Part shown: positions 47,944 to 57,656 of the stretch, one piece after another
Position numbering within the stretch: the first letter of the stretch is position 1
Layout of the letters: the number at the start of each line of letters is the position of its first letter
Assembly (NCBI GenBank): GCA_044426345.1
Contig: JAWXUP010000002.1
Coordinates: 32,017-96,016 of the forward strand
Source of the DNA: Clostridia bacterium
Lineage (GTDB): Bacteria > Bacillota > Clostridia > Oscillospirales > Butyricicoccaceae
DNA: 64,000 nt
Direction: 5' to 3'
Notes under the pieces: model-generated
Seen by the model: only the letters and a program-made list of their open reading frames with translations
What the model was told of the DNA's origin: nothing
Databases searched by the model: none
Translations under genes and position numbers: made by a program

Positions 47944-48525
47944 GTGGTAGTTTTTTTGGATAGTGCTTTAATTGTATCTAGTTCAGATAAAGGTAACGAC
48001 TTTTTTGTAAGTATGCTACGCCAGATTTTTTGTTCAAAAGTTACCACTGTAAAAACTTGTGGGGAAACAAGGCGTTTTATGATGGAACGTGACTTTGATT
48101 TGTATATTATAAATAGCCCTCTTACAGATGAAACAGGTGAAAATTTATCCATTCATATTGCTACTAGAAGTAGTAGTCAAGTTATTTTGGTGGTTAAAGC
48201 CGAACTTTATGATGTTATTTCGTCAAAAGTCGAAGATTATGGAGTTATTACAATAGCAAAACCGATTAATAGACATATGTTTTGGACGGCCTTAAAACTT
48301 GCTAAAGCATCTGGAAATAGATTGAAAATGTTGAAATCGGAAAACACAAAACTTACAAAAAAAATAGACGATATAAAAATAGTTGATAGAGCAAAATATT
48401 TACTTATATCATATTTAAATATGACAGAACCACAAGCTCATAAATATATCGAAAAACAAGCGATGGACTTGCGTGTTTCAAAACGAAAAATCGCAGAAAA
48501 AATACTCAGAACGTATGAAAATTAA
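47944..48525 (+). CDS. ANTAR-domain RNA-binding regulator with a non-phosphorylatable (pseudo) receiver domain
   Basis: C-terminal ANTAR motif VDRAKYLLISYLNMTEPQAHKYIEKQAMDLRVSKRKIAEKI. The receiver has SSS for the acidic pair and IIN for the phospho-Asp, with K-P retained. The start is uncertain (GTG 47944 or TTG 47956). Confidence 0.8.
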   Translation: MVVFLDSALIVSSSDKGNDFFVSMLRQIFCSKVTTVKTCGETRRFMMERDFDLYIINSPLTDETGENLSIHIATRSSSQVILVVKAELYDVISSKVEDYGVITIAKPINRHMFWTALKLAKASGNRLKMLKSENTKLTKKIDDIKIVDRAKYLLISYLNMTEPQAHKYIEKQAMDLRVSKRKIAEKILRTYEN

Positions 48526-48544
48526 TTTAAGAAGGTAGTAAAAA

Positions 48545-50149
48545 ATGACAAAATACATATTTGTAACCGGTGGTGTTGTATCCGGACTTGGAAAAGGAAT
48601 TACAGCAGCAGCTCTTGGTAGACTGCTTAAACAACGTGGCTTTAAAGTTGCTGCACAAAAATTAGACCCATATATGAACGTAGACCCAGGTACTATGAGT
48701 CCGTTCCAACACGGTGAAGTTTTCGTTACTGACGATGGTGGAGAAACAGACTTGGATTTAGGTCACTACGAACGTTTTATAGATGAAAACTTAACTAAAT
48801 TCTCAAATTTAACTTCTGGTAAAGTGTATTTCAGCGTACTTGCACGTGAACGTTCTGGAGGATATTTGGGAGAAACTGTACAAGTTATCCCTCATATCAC
48901 AAATGAAATCAAAGACTTTATTTACAAAGCAGCTGAAAAAACTTCTGCTGATATATTAATCACAGAAATCGGTGGTACAACTGGTGATATCGAAAGCCAA
49001 CCATTCTTAGAAACAATCCGTCAAATTTCTATCGAAAAAGGTAGAGAAAACTGCTTATTTATACACGTTGCTCTTGTACCATACCTTAAAGGTTCTGGTG
49101 AACACAAGTCAAAACCTGCACAACATTCTGTTAAAGAACTTCGTGGTATTGGTATTTCACCTAATATTATTGTAGCACGTGCTGACGAGCCATTAAGTCA
49201 CGGAATAGCTGATAAAATTGCACTATTTTGTAACGTTAAACCAGATTGTGTTATCGAAAATATTACACTTCCATCATTATATGAAGCACCACTTATGTTA
49301 CACGAAAACGGTTTAGACGAAGTGGTTTGTCGTGAATTGAATTTACAATGTAAAGAACCAGACCTTACTGAATGGAGAAATCTGTGCAGAAAAGTTAATG
49401 AAGTTTCAGGCGAAGTTACAATTGCCATCGTTGGTAAATATGTTCAACTTCACGATGCTTATCTTTCTGTTATGGAAAGTTTACGTCACGCCGGAATAGA
49501 TGCTGGTTACTCTGTAAACTTAAAATGGGTAGACAGCGAAACTGTAACAGATGAAAATTCTGCTGAACTTTTTGCAGATATCGACGGTATGGTTATTCCA
49601 GGTGGATTTGGTGATAGAGGTATTGAAGGTAAAATTTCTGCTTGTAAATATGTTCGTGAAAATAATGTACCTTTCCTTGGAATTTGTTTAGGTATGCAAA
49701 TTACTGTTATTGAATATGCACGTCACGTTTTAGGACTTTCTGATGCACATTCTGCAGAATTTTCACAAACAACAACTAACCCTGTAATCCATATTATGGA
49801 AGACCAAATTGCAATTACAAATAAAGGTGGCACAATGCGACTTGGCGCATATCCTTGTAAAGTTTCAGAAGGAACATTACTTAAAGAATTGTACGGTGAA
49901 AATATGATTTCAGAACGTCACCGTCATAGATATGAATTTAACAACGATTACCGTGAAAAATTAGAACAAACTGGTTTTGTAATTTCTGGTACATCGCCTG
50001 ATAATAACTTGGTTGAAGCTATTGAAATACCAGCAAATGATTATTTCGTAGCGGCTCAATTCCACCCGGAATTTAAAAGCAGACCAAACAAACCACACCC
50101 ACTTTTCAAAGGCTTGATTAACGCAGCTATTAAAGCTAAAAACGCGTAG
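48545..50149 (+). CDS. pyrG: CTP synthase
   Basis: [17 protein letters not shown]-terminus and GATase active site GICLGMQ. Confidence 0.97.
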   Translation: MTKYIFVTGGVVSGLGKGITAAALGRLLKQRGFKVAAQKLDPYMNVDPGTMSPFQHGEVFVTDDGGETDLDLGHYERFIDENLTKFSNLTSGKVYFSVLARERSGGYLGETVQVIPHITNEIKDFIYKAAEKTSADILITEIGGTTGDIESQPFLETIRQISIEKGRENCLFIHVALVPYLKGSGEHKSKPAQHSVKELRGIGISPNIIVARADEPLSHGIADKIALFCNVKPDCVIENITLPSLYEAPLMLHENGLDEVVCRELNLQCKEPDLTEWRNLCRKVNEVSGEVTIAIVGKYVQLHDAYLSVMESLRHAGIDAGYSVNLKWVDSETVTDENSAELFADIDGMVIPGGFGDRGIEGKISACKYVRENNVPFLGICLGMQITVIEYARHVLGLSDAHSAEFSQTTTNPVIHIMEDQIAITNKGGTMRLGAYPCKVSEGTLLKELYGENMISERHRHRYEFNNDYREKLEQTGFVISGTSPDNNLVEAIEIPANDYFVAAQFHPEFKSRPNKPHPLFKGLINAAIKAKNA

Positions 50150-50165
50150 GAAATAAATATTTTCT

Positions 50166-50520
50166 GTAGGCTATGTTCTTACGTGACACGAAATAAAATG
50201 TAAATGCACTTTGTAGGGTACGGCGTCCTCGACGTACCGTGGTACGCAACCTAAGTATTATCGTGCAAAAATATCGTGTAAACTCCCTCAGTCACTGCGG
50301 TGACAGCTCCCTCGGAGAGGGAGCCAAGGAAAAAAGCCTCCCTGTCGAGGGAGGTGGCAAAATCTTTGATTTTGACGGAGGGAGTTTACACGCAATAAAA
50401 TATCAATGCACTTTGTAGGGTACGGCGTCCTCGACGTACCGTGTACGCAACCTAAGTATTACCGTGCAAAAATCAAAATCAACGCACAAAATATGACGGA
50501 CGAACACAGTTCGCCCCTAC
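50166..50520. repeat. REP mosaic with a roughly 202-bp direct duplication flanking module C
   Basis: Decayed type-1 copy at 50166. Type-2 GTAGGGTACGGCGTCCTCGACGTACCGT at 50213 and 50415, each with about 45 nt of identical flank. Type-1 inverted copy ends at 50520. Confidence 0.9.
50280..50387 (+). repeat. Module C: a roughly 108-nt GGGAG/CTCCC multi-hairpin element (candidate structured RNA or MITE)
   Basis: Closing helix AAACTCCCTC/GAGGGAGTTT encloses four hairpins: GTCAC-TGCG-GTGAC, GCTCCCT-CGGAG-AGGGAGC, CCTCCCT-GTCG-AGGGAGG, CAAAATC-TTT-GATTTTG. Confidence 0.7.
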
Positions 50521-50619
50521 AAATTTATTGATTTTTCGTGATAAAGCGTGAAAATGCACAAAAAATGCGTATTACCTTTAGCTAACTTGAGCGAAAACAT
50601 AGAATTTCAATTAAAGTTA

Positions 50620-50648
50620 TTGTATAAAAATAAAAAAAGTGGTATAAT
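50620..50648 (+). promoter_or_regulatory. Sigma-A promoter of dapL
   Basis: TTGTAT-17 nt-TATAAT with a TG extended -10. Confidence 0.6.
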
Positions 50649-50679
50649 ATTCTAAAATAATCAATTTACGGAGGAAAAA

Positions 50680-51861
50680 ATGAAAATTAACCAAAATTAT
50701 AAAAATTTAAAAGATAGCTATCTTTTTTCTACTATCGCGTCAAAAGTACGTGAATTCTCAGCTGCAAACCCTGATAAAAAAGTTATCAGACTTGGTATCG
50801 GCGACGTAACTCGTCCTCTCGCTCCAGTTGTAATCGAAGCTATGCACAAAGCTGTTGATGAAATGGGTGTTAAAGAAACTTTCAAAGGTTATGGCGATGA
50901 ACAAGGTTACGGTTTCTTACAAGAAGCAATACAAACTTACTACGCTAAAAAAGAAGTTTCTTTAGATTTATCTGAAATTTTCATCAGTGATGGTGCAAAA
51001 AGCGATTTAGGTAACATTCTTGATATTTTAGATGTTGACAACGTTGTTTTAGTACCAGACCCAGTATATCCTGTTTATGTTGACACAAACATTATGGCTG
51101 GCAGAAAAACAATTTTTATGGACGGTAACACAGAAAATAGTTTCCTTCCAATGCCAGATTACGCTGTAGATTGCGATATTATCTATCTTTGTTCTCCAAA
51201 CAACCCAACTGGTGGTGTTTATAATAAAGATGGCTTAAAAGCTTGGGTTGATTATGCTATTGCTAAAAATGCAGTAATTTTATTCGACTGTGCTTACGAA
51301 ATCTTTATTTCTGACGAATCTCTTCCTACAAGCATTTACCAAATCGAAGGTGCTGAAAAATGTGCTATCGAATTCTGTTCATTCTCTAAAACTGCTGGTT
51401 TTACTGGTGTTAGATGTGGTTATACTGTAGTTCCAAACGCACTAGTATTTGATGATACAAAACTTAACAAATTATGGTTACGTCGTCAAACTACAAAATT
51501 CAATGGTGTACCTTACATCGTTCAATGTGGTGCTGCTGCTGTATTTACAGAAACAGGTATTGCTCAAATTAAAGAAAGCGTTGACTACTATATGGCAAAC
51601 GCACAAATCATCGCTAAAACACTTACTGAAATGGGTATGTGGTTCATCGGTGGTGACAATTCTCCATACATCTGGTTAAAATGCCCAGGTGGTATGACTT
51701 CTTGGGAATTCTTCGATTTCCTACTTGAAAATGCAAACGTTGTTGGTACTCCAGGTGCTGGTTTTGGCGAAAAAGGTGAAGGTTTCTTCCGTTTAACTGC
51801 TTTCGGTGAAAAAGAAAACGTTATCGAAGCTATGGAAAGATTTAAAAAATTACAATTTTAA
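50680..51861 (+). CDS. dapL: LL-diaminopimelate aminotransferase
   Basis: N-terminus [35 protein letters not shown], and PLP-lysine context [12 protein letters not shown]. Confidence 0.88.
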   Translation: MKINQNYKNLKDSYLFSTIASKVREFSAANPDKKVIRLGIGDVTRPLAPVVIEAMHKAVDEMGVKETFKGYGDEQGYGFLQEAIQTYYAKKEVSLDLSEIFISDGAKSDLGNILDILDVDNVVLVPDPVYPVYVDTNIMAGRKTIFMDGNTENSFLPMPDYAVDCDIIYLCSPNNPTGGVYNKDGLKAWVDYAIAKNAVILFDCAYEIFISDESLPTSIYQIEGAEKCAIEFCSFSKTAGFTGVRCGYTVVPNALVFDDTKLNKLWLRRQTTKFNGVPYIVQCGAAAVFTETGIAQIKESVDYYMANAQIIAKTLTEMGMWFIGGDNSPYIWLKCPGGMTSWEFFDFLLENANVVGTPGAGFGEKGEGFFRLTAFGEKENVIEAMERFKKLQF

Positions 51862-51865
51862 TCAT

Positions 51866-51899
51866 AACCGACACTTATTAATTTAAGTGTCGGTTTTTT
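51866..51899 (+). terminator. Rho-independent terminator
   Basis: AACCGACACTTA-loop-TAAGTGTCGGTT followed by TTTT. Confidence 0.85.
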
Positions 51900-51925
51900 C
51901 AAATTTATAAGGTGAGGTGGCTAAT

Positions 51926-52780
51926 ATGGAACATAAAATTGCACTAAAAAATGGTCAAATGATAAACAGATTAGGTCAAGGAACTTGGTATATGGGTGAA
52001 AATCCTACAATTGCAAAAAGTGAGATTGATACGCTAAAACGTGGTATTGAGCTTGGTATTAATCTTATTGACACAGCTGAAATGTATGGTTCGGGAAAAT
52101 CTGAACAGTTGATTTCAAAAGCTATTTCAGATGTTTCTCGTGAAGATTTATTTGTAGTATCAAAAGTTTATCCACACAACGCATCACAGGTGAAATTAGA
52201 AAAAAGTTTGGATAATTCGCTAAAACGTCTGAAAACTGATTATTTAGATATGTATTTGTTGCATTGGAGAGGTTCTGTACCTCTAGCTGAAACGGTGTAT
52301 TGTATGGAGCAACAAGTTGAAAAAGGTAAAATTAAAAGCTGGGGCGTTTCGAATTTTGATACTGAAGATATGGAAGAACTTTTGAGCGTTGAAAATGGTG
52401 AAAACTGTGCGTTAAATCAAGTTTTATATCATTTGGGCTCACGTGGTACAGAATTTGATTTGCAAGCATATTTGAAAGCTCATAATATTCCGATGATGGC
52501 ATATTGTCCACTTGCTCAAGCTGGTAGATTGGACAGAGGATTGTTCAATGACCCTGTTGTGTGTCAGCTTGCGAAGAAATATAATGTTTCATCGGCTAAT
52601 ATTTTACTTAATTTTGTTATGTTTGATGAGAATGTTATTGCAATTCCAAAAGCATCGAAAGTGGCACACGTTGAGGATAATGCGAAAGCGTTGGCATTTA
52701 AATTAACGGTTGAAGATATGAAAATGCTAAACGCTAAGTTTCCGGCACCGACTTACAAGCAATATTTGGATATTGTGTAG
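51926..52780 (+). CDS. Aldo/keto reductase
   Basis: GQGTW, IDTAEMYG and LHW motifs. ATG 51926 lies behind AGGTGAGGTGG. Confidence 0.88.
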   Translation: MEHKIALKNGQMINRLGQGTWYMGENPTIAKSEIDTLKRGIELGINLIDTAEMYGSGKSEQLISKAISDVSREDLFVVSKVYPHNASQVKLEKSLDNSLKRLKTDYLDMYLLHWRGSVPLAETVYCMEQQVEKGKIKSWGVSNFDTEDMEELLSVENGENCALNQVLYHLGSRGTEFDLQAYLKAHNIPMMAYCPLAQAGRLDRGLFNDPVVCQLAKKYNVSSANILLNFVMFDENVIAIPKASKVAHVEDNAKALAFKLTVEDMKMLNAKFPAPTYKQYLDIV

Positions 52781-52825
52781 ATATTTTACGTATAGGTGTC
52801 ACGGACGAACACAGTTATCCACTAC
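52781..52825. repeat. REP fragment (partial linker L2 plus degenerate type-1 inverted copy) abutting the stop codon
   Basis: ATATTTTACGTATAGGTGTC-ACGGACGAACACAGTTATCCACTAC. Confidence 0.75.
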
Positions 52826-52866
52826 AAAAATTACGATTTTGGTTACAATTTATATATAGAAAATCA

Positions 52867-52903
52867 AGCATCAGCTATTTTTACAGCTGGTGCTATTTTT
52901 TTG
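52867..52903 (+). terminator. Rho-independent terminator
   Basis: AGCATCAGCT-loop-AGCTGGTGCT followed by ATTTTTTT. Confidence 0.8.
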
Positions 52904-53042
52904 CTTAAAACAACTTTACACAGCGAAAATATTACTGTATGATTAAGGTAGTTAAAATATTCTTAAGAAAATCTTAAATATTTACACAGTTTATTTTTAA
53001 AGACTATTTGCGTTATAATAGGACTATAAAGAGGAGGATACT

Positions 53043-53735
53043 ATGCAAAATATTTTGATATGCGATGATGAACGAGATATCGTTTCTGCACTGAAAATTT
53101 ATCTTACAGATAACGACCATAAAATTTTTGAGGCTTATAATGGCAATCAAGCACTCGATATAGTCCGAGAAAACGATATACACGTGGTTCTTATGGATAT
53201 TATGATGCCAGAACTTGATGGAATTAATGCACTTACTAAAATTCGTGAGATAAGCAATGTACCAGTGATTTTTCTTTCGGCGAAAGACCAAGACTGTGAT
53301 AAAATTTTAGGTCTTAATATAGGAGCTGATGATTACATAACAAAACCGTTTAACCCTGTTGAAGTTATCGCTCGTGTGAAATCGGCGCTTAGACGTTATA
53401 CAATGCTTGGGTCAAGAGTGATTACGAGAGAAAAAATGATAAATGGTGGAATAGAACTTGATAATGTAACGAAAGAGATAAAAATTGACGGAAAAATTGT
53501 GCCATTTACTCCCAAAGAGTTTGATATTTTGAAATTATTTATGGAAAATCCAAATCAAGTGTTCTCAATAAAACAAATCTACGAAAATGTGTGGAATGAG
53601 TACGCTTTTGGTTGCGAAAGCACGGTTGCCGTTCATATTAGACATATCAGAGAGAAAATTGAAATAAATCCTGCCGAACCTCGCTATTTAAAGGTTGTTT
53701 GGGGACAGGGATATAAAATGGAGCTGATTAAATGA
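53043..53735 (+). CDS. OmpR/PhoB-family response regulator
   Basis: Receiver (ILICDDE, VLMDIMMPELDG, KPF) plus a winged-helix output domain (YLKVVWGQGYK). Confidence 0.92.
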   Translation: MQNILICDDERDIVSALKIYLTDNDHKIFEAYNGNQALDIVRENDIHVVLMDIMMPELDGINALTKIREISNVPVIFLSAKDQDCDKILGLNIGADDYITKPFNPVEVIARVKSALRRYTMLGSRVITREKMINGGIELDNVTKEIKIDGKIVPFTPKEFDILKLFMENPNQVFSIKQIYENVWNEYAFGCESTVAVHIRHIREKIEINPAEPRYLKVVWGQGYKMELIK

Positions 53736-55936
53736 AAAAAATAATTTACACACCGTTTATGAAAGTCTTAATGACGGTAATTTTGTTGATTTCTGTTTGC
53801 ACTTTCGCTTATATGACTATTTTTACTTATGAAATGAATAGCGACAAGTATAGCTATAAAACAATAAACGAAATTCATCAAGATATTATTTCTGAAAATT
53901 TTGAATCGTTTGCACAATATATTTTGAGTTCAAATATCAAAGATGTTAGCAATGATTATGTTGCACAGTGGCGTATAAATTCGATAAATGACACTAGTGA
54001 ACATAATTTCAGATATATTTTTTCGCTAGATAGCACTGAAATTTTTTCGAATTTCGATAATGAAGCATCAATTTATAATGAAAATATGGATTATGATATT
54101 ATAAAAGTAACATATTTTGATGAAGAAAAACAAGTTGCGTTTAGTGAATATTATCTTGATGCAGGCGAATTGATGTGGTTGGACGATGACGAAATTGCAG
54201 ATGAATATTATTATAACGATATTATGTGGTCGGAAAATTTACTAAGCACATCGAGTGAGCTTTACTCAAAAATACCTGCTTATATTTCACGTGAAACATT
54301 TTTGGCAGATATTGAAACTAGCACGCAAGCTTTAGAAATTGTAGAAGATATGTTTAATACTGAAACTACATCAGATGCATTAACACAAACGCCTACTTAT
54401 GAGGATAGCACAAAAAATGATTACACCGTGTATGCAAAAGTTGTCGGTGAGTATTCGATAGATGCATATTACATTGCAAATACAGACGTTATAGACCATA
54501 TAGCTGTAGAATTAGCAAAAAATAGCGTAAATTACGAATTATCTAAATATTATGAAGTGATTTTGCTATCATCAATTATACTTTGTGGGATTTGTTCGGT
54601 TGGACTTCTATTTTCTTGGGGCAGAAAAAATGGTACAGAGCAAATTCAAACTAGCGAGTTAGAAAAAATACCTTTCGATTTATACATAACAATTTCGGCG
54701 ATTATTGCAAGCATTCCATTTGTGATTTACCAAAATAGTTATCAAACATATCAATTTATTGCATTTGAAATAGCAGAAGAAATAATTCCGTTTATTTGCG
54801 TGGGTATCGCATCAGTTGTGGGATTTTTGGCAGTTAGAACCACTATAATTCGATTTAAAGCTCGCACTATAATAAAAAATACGATGTTATGGAAATTATT
54901 GTGCCTGGTTGCAAAACCTTTTGAAAAACCGTATTTATTTGTTAAAAATCAGCTTGAAGAGGCAACAATTGTGTCAAAAGTTCTGTTTTGGGCGATTGTG
55001 TACGCAGTGATTTCAACAATCTTATCGCTTGTTATTTCGCCATTTATTTTTAATATTCTGGAAAAAGCGATTTTATTACCGTTTCTAGTTGCCCTTGCTG
55101 TAATGCTGAAAAAACTCAAAATTAGTGGTGAAATACTATCTAAAGGCGATATAAATCATACAATTGACACTAAATATTTGTTTGGTGATTTCAAAGAACA
55201 CGCAGAAAATCTCAATGAAATAAAATACGGTTTACAAGAATCGGTTTCAGAACAAATGAAAAGTGAGAGACTTAAAACTGAGCTTATAACAAATGTTTCG
55301 CACGATATAAAAACTCCACTGACATCTATCATAAATTACGTGGATTTAATTTCGAAAGAGGAAACAGAAAACGAAAAAATTAAGGAATATAGCACTGTTT
55401 TGAGCAAAAATTCATACAGATTAAAAAAATTAATCGAAGATTTGGTATCAGCATCAAAAGCGTCTACTGGAAATATGGAAGTCAATTTTGAAGATGTTGA
55501 TTTAAGTATGTTGCTTACTCAAACTATTGGCGAATATAGTGAGCGTTTTGAGGAAAATCAACTCGAAGTTGTAGCGACAAACATCACCGAGCCGATTATT
55601 ATTTCAGCAGATGGCAAACTAATATGGCGTGTTTTAGACAATCTTTTCGGAAATATTTGCAAATATTCACAACAAAATACACGAGTATATCTTGATGTAA
55701 TAGCAAATGAAAAAAATGTGATTATTAACGTAAAAAACATATCAAAATACCCATTAAATCTACATTCTAGCGAACTTTTAGAACGTTTTGTTCGTGGAGA
55801 TAGTTCTAGGCATACTGAAGGTAGTGGTCTGGGATTATCAATAGCGAAAAGTTTGGTAAATCTTCAAAAAGGTACACTTGATTTAATGATTGATGGTGAT
55901 TTGTTCAAGGTTGTTATTACATTTGATAGATTATAG
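53732..55936 (+). CDS. Sensor histidine kinase with a large extracytoplasmic domain and a multi-TM sensor region
   Basis: H-box SHDIKTPLTSI, N-box DNLFGNICKY, G-box GSGLGLSI; a roughly 240-aa loop after TM1 and 4-5 further TM segments. Confidence 0.9.
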   Translation: MKKIIYTPFMKVLMTVILLISVCTFAYMTIFTYEMNSDKYSYKTINEIHQDIISENFESFAQYILSSNIKDVSNDYVAQWRINSINDTSEHNFRYIFSLDSTEIFSNFDNEASIYNENMDYDIIKVTYFDEEKQVAFSEYYLDAGELMWLDDDEIADEYYYNDIMWSENLLSTSSELYSKIPAYISRETFLADIETSTQALEIVEDMFNTETTSDALTQTPTYEDSTKNDYTVYAKVVGEYSIDAYYIANTDVIDHIAVELAKNSVNYELSKYYEVILLSSIILCGICSVGLLFSWGRKNGTEQIQTSELEKIPFDLYITISAIIASIPFVIYQNSYQTYQFIAFEIAEEIIPFICVGIASVVGFLAVRTTIIRFKARTIIKNTMLWKLLCLVAKPFEKPYLFVKNQLEEATIVSKVLFWAIVYAVISTILSLVISPFIFNILEKAILLPFLVALAVMLKKLKISGEILSKGDINHTIDTKYLFGDFKEHAENLNEIKYGLQESVSEQMKSERLKTELITNVSHDIKTPLTSIINYVDLISKEETENEKIKEYSTVLSKNSYRLKKLIEDLVSASKASTGNMEVNFEDVDLSMLLTQTIGEYSERFEENQLEVVATNITEPIIISADGKLIWRVLDNLFGNICKYSQQNTRVYLDVIANEKNVIINVKNISKYPLNLHSSELLERFVRGDSSRHTEGSGLGLSIAKSLVNLQKGTLDLMIDGDLFKVVITFDRL

Positions 55937-56030
55937 AGCGAAATTTGGTATTTTTGTGGTGATGAGCCTAATGTAGCACCTATGTGAATGCTCGTCACCC
56001 TAATATACCTATCTTGAAAAGGAATAATTT

Positions 56031-56837
56031 ATGAAAATTTACAAAATGTATTTTAGTCCAACAGGAACTACCGAGAAAATTGCAAATGAAATCTCTGGAA
56101 ATATAGCGAAAAACTTTAATGAAGAGGTTATTTCTTGCGATTTTACGTTAAAACTTGCTCGAGAAAGAGAATATACGTTCAAAAAAGATGATTTGCTGAT
56201 AATCGGAGTACCAACTTATGCAGGTCGAGTGCCTAATGTTTTGCTGGATTTTTTAACGCACAATATCAAGAGTAATGGTGCTTTGGTACTACCATTTGTG
56301 CTTTTTGGTAATAGAAATTACGACGAGTCACTTATGGAACTTTTGATGATTTTAAACACGAATGGTTTTGTAAATGTTGGAGCTGGAGCATTTGTTGGTG
56401 AACATTCATTTTCAAGGAAATTAGGTGCAAATAGACCAGATTTGGCAGATTTATTGCAAGCAAAAGAGCTTAGTGGTATGGTTTGCGATAGGATTTTGGG
56501 TGGGATTTGCGAAAATAATATAAAAATTGATGAAAACTATAAAATAAAGCCATATTACACTCCACGAGATAGAAATGGAGTTGGTGTTAATATTTTGAAA
56601 GTAAAGCCGAAAACTAACGATAAATGCGATGATTGTAAAATTTGTGCAAAAATTTGTCCGATGGGTTCAATTTCTTTTGAAAATCCACGTGAAGTAATTG
56701 GAATTTGCATAAAATGTGGGGCTTGTGAGAAAAAATGTCCTCAAAATGCGAAATATTATGATGATGCTAATTATTTATATCATAAATTTGAACTAGAAGA
56801 GCAGTTTGAAAGACGTGCAAACAATGTGATTTTTTAA
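56031..56837 (+). CDS. Flavodoxin-like domain protein fused to a 2x[4Fe-4S] ferredoxin domain
   Basis: N-terminus YFSPTGTTEKIA; CDDCKICAKICP and CIKCGACEKKCP clusters. Confidence 0.75.
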   Translation: MKIYKMYFSPTGTTEKIANEISGNIAKNFNEEVISCDFTLKLAREREYTFKKDDLLIIGVPTYAGRVPNVLLDFLTHNIKSNGALVLPFVLFGNRNYDESLMELLMILNTNGFVNVGAGAFVGEHSFSRKLGANRPDLADLLQAKELSGMVCDRILGGICENNIKIDENYKIKPYYTPRDRNGVGVNILKVKPKTNDKCDDCKICAKICPMGSISFENPREVIGICIKCGACEKKCPQNAKYYDDANYLYHKFELEEQFERRANNVIF

Positions 56838-56890
56838 CGCATAATTTTATAAAATTTACGAACAATATTAGAAAAAGGAGCGTGAATTTT

Positions 56891-57574
56891 ATGGATAACG
56901 AGAGCGTAAAAAAGGACGATGATAGCGAAGGTTTGCAGATTACCACGAAGAATAGTCGAGGGAATATACACTGCATTACGATTGCTGGTCAAATAGAGGG
57001 ACATTTGGCACTTCAAACGGAGCAAAAAGCTACAAAATATGAAAATATTATACCAAGGTTGGTGGCTGTTGAGGAAAGCGACGAGATTGACGGATTAATG
57101 GTGTTATTGAATACAGCCGGTGGAGATGTTGAGGCAGGACTTGCGATTGCAGAGGCTATAGCAGGAATGAGCAAACCTGCAGTAGCACTAGTTTTGGGAG
57201 GTGCTCACTCGATAGGAATACCAATCGCAGTGTCGGCTGATAAGACATTTATCGCAAAATCTGCAAGTATGACAATCCACCCTGTGCGAATGACTGGTAT
57301 GGTTATCGGCGTCCATCAAAGTTTTGAGCATTTTAAGAAAATCCAAGATAGGATTATTGATTTTGTGGTGGAGCATAGTGAAGTTAATGCTGAGCAGTTT
57401 AGATATTTAATGCTAAATACAGGGGAACTTGTCAGCGATATTGGAACGATAGTCAATGGTGAAGAGGCTGTGAGTATCGGGCTTTGCGATGAGGTTGGGA
57501 CACTTGGTGAGGCTCTGAAGTGCTTGCATGAAATGATAGATGAACGCAGTGCAGATATTAATAAAGATAATTAG
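56891..57574 (+). CDS. ClpP-fold serine protease-like protein (TepA/SDH family)
   Basis: IAGQIEGH..., LLNTAGGDVEAGLAIAE..., GGAHSIGIPIA pattern. ATG 56891 lies behind AAGGAG. Confidence 0.7.
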   Translation: MDNESVKKDDDSEGLQITTKNSRGNIHCITIAGQIEGHLALQTEQKATKYENIIPRLVAVEESDEIDGLMVLLNTAGGDVEAGLAIAEAIAGMSKPAVALVLGGAHSIGIPIAVSADKTFIAKSASMTIHPVRMTGMVIGVHQSFEHFKKIQDRIIDFVVEHSEVNAEQFRYLMLNTGELVSDIGTIVNGEEAVSIGLCDEVGTLGEALKCLHEMIDERSADINKDN

Positions 57575-57620
57575 GCCTCGTTAAGTTTAATCGAGAGTTA
57601 AATAATGGTTACAAATACAA

Positions 57621-57651
57621 AAATCTATGGGTACAACCGTAGATTTTTTTT
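57621..57651. terminator. Bidirectional terminator
   Basis: AAATCTATGG-GTACAA-CCGTAGATTT with T-runs in both directions. Confidence 0.8.
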
Positions 57652-57656
57652 GTTAG

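Noticed and set aside
55958-55999. A terminator after the histidine kinase gene (GGTGATGAGC...GCTCGTCACC).
   Set aside because: It is a 10-bp stem with a 22-nt loop and no following T-run. It was not called as an intrinsic terminator.
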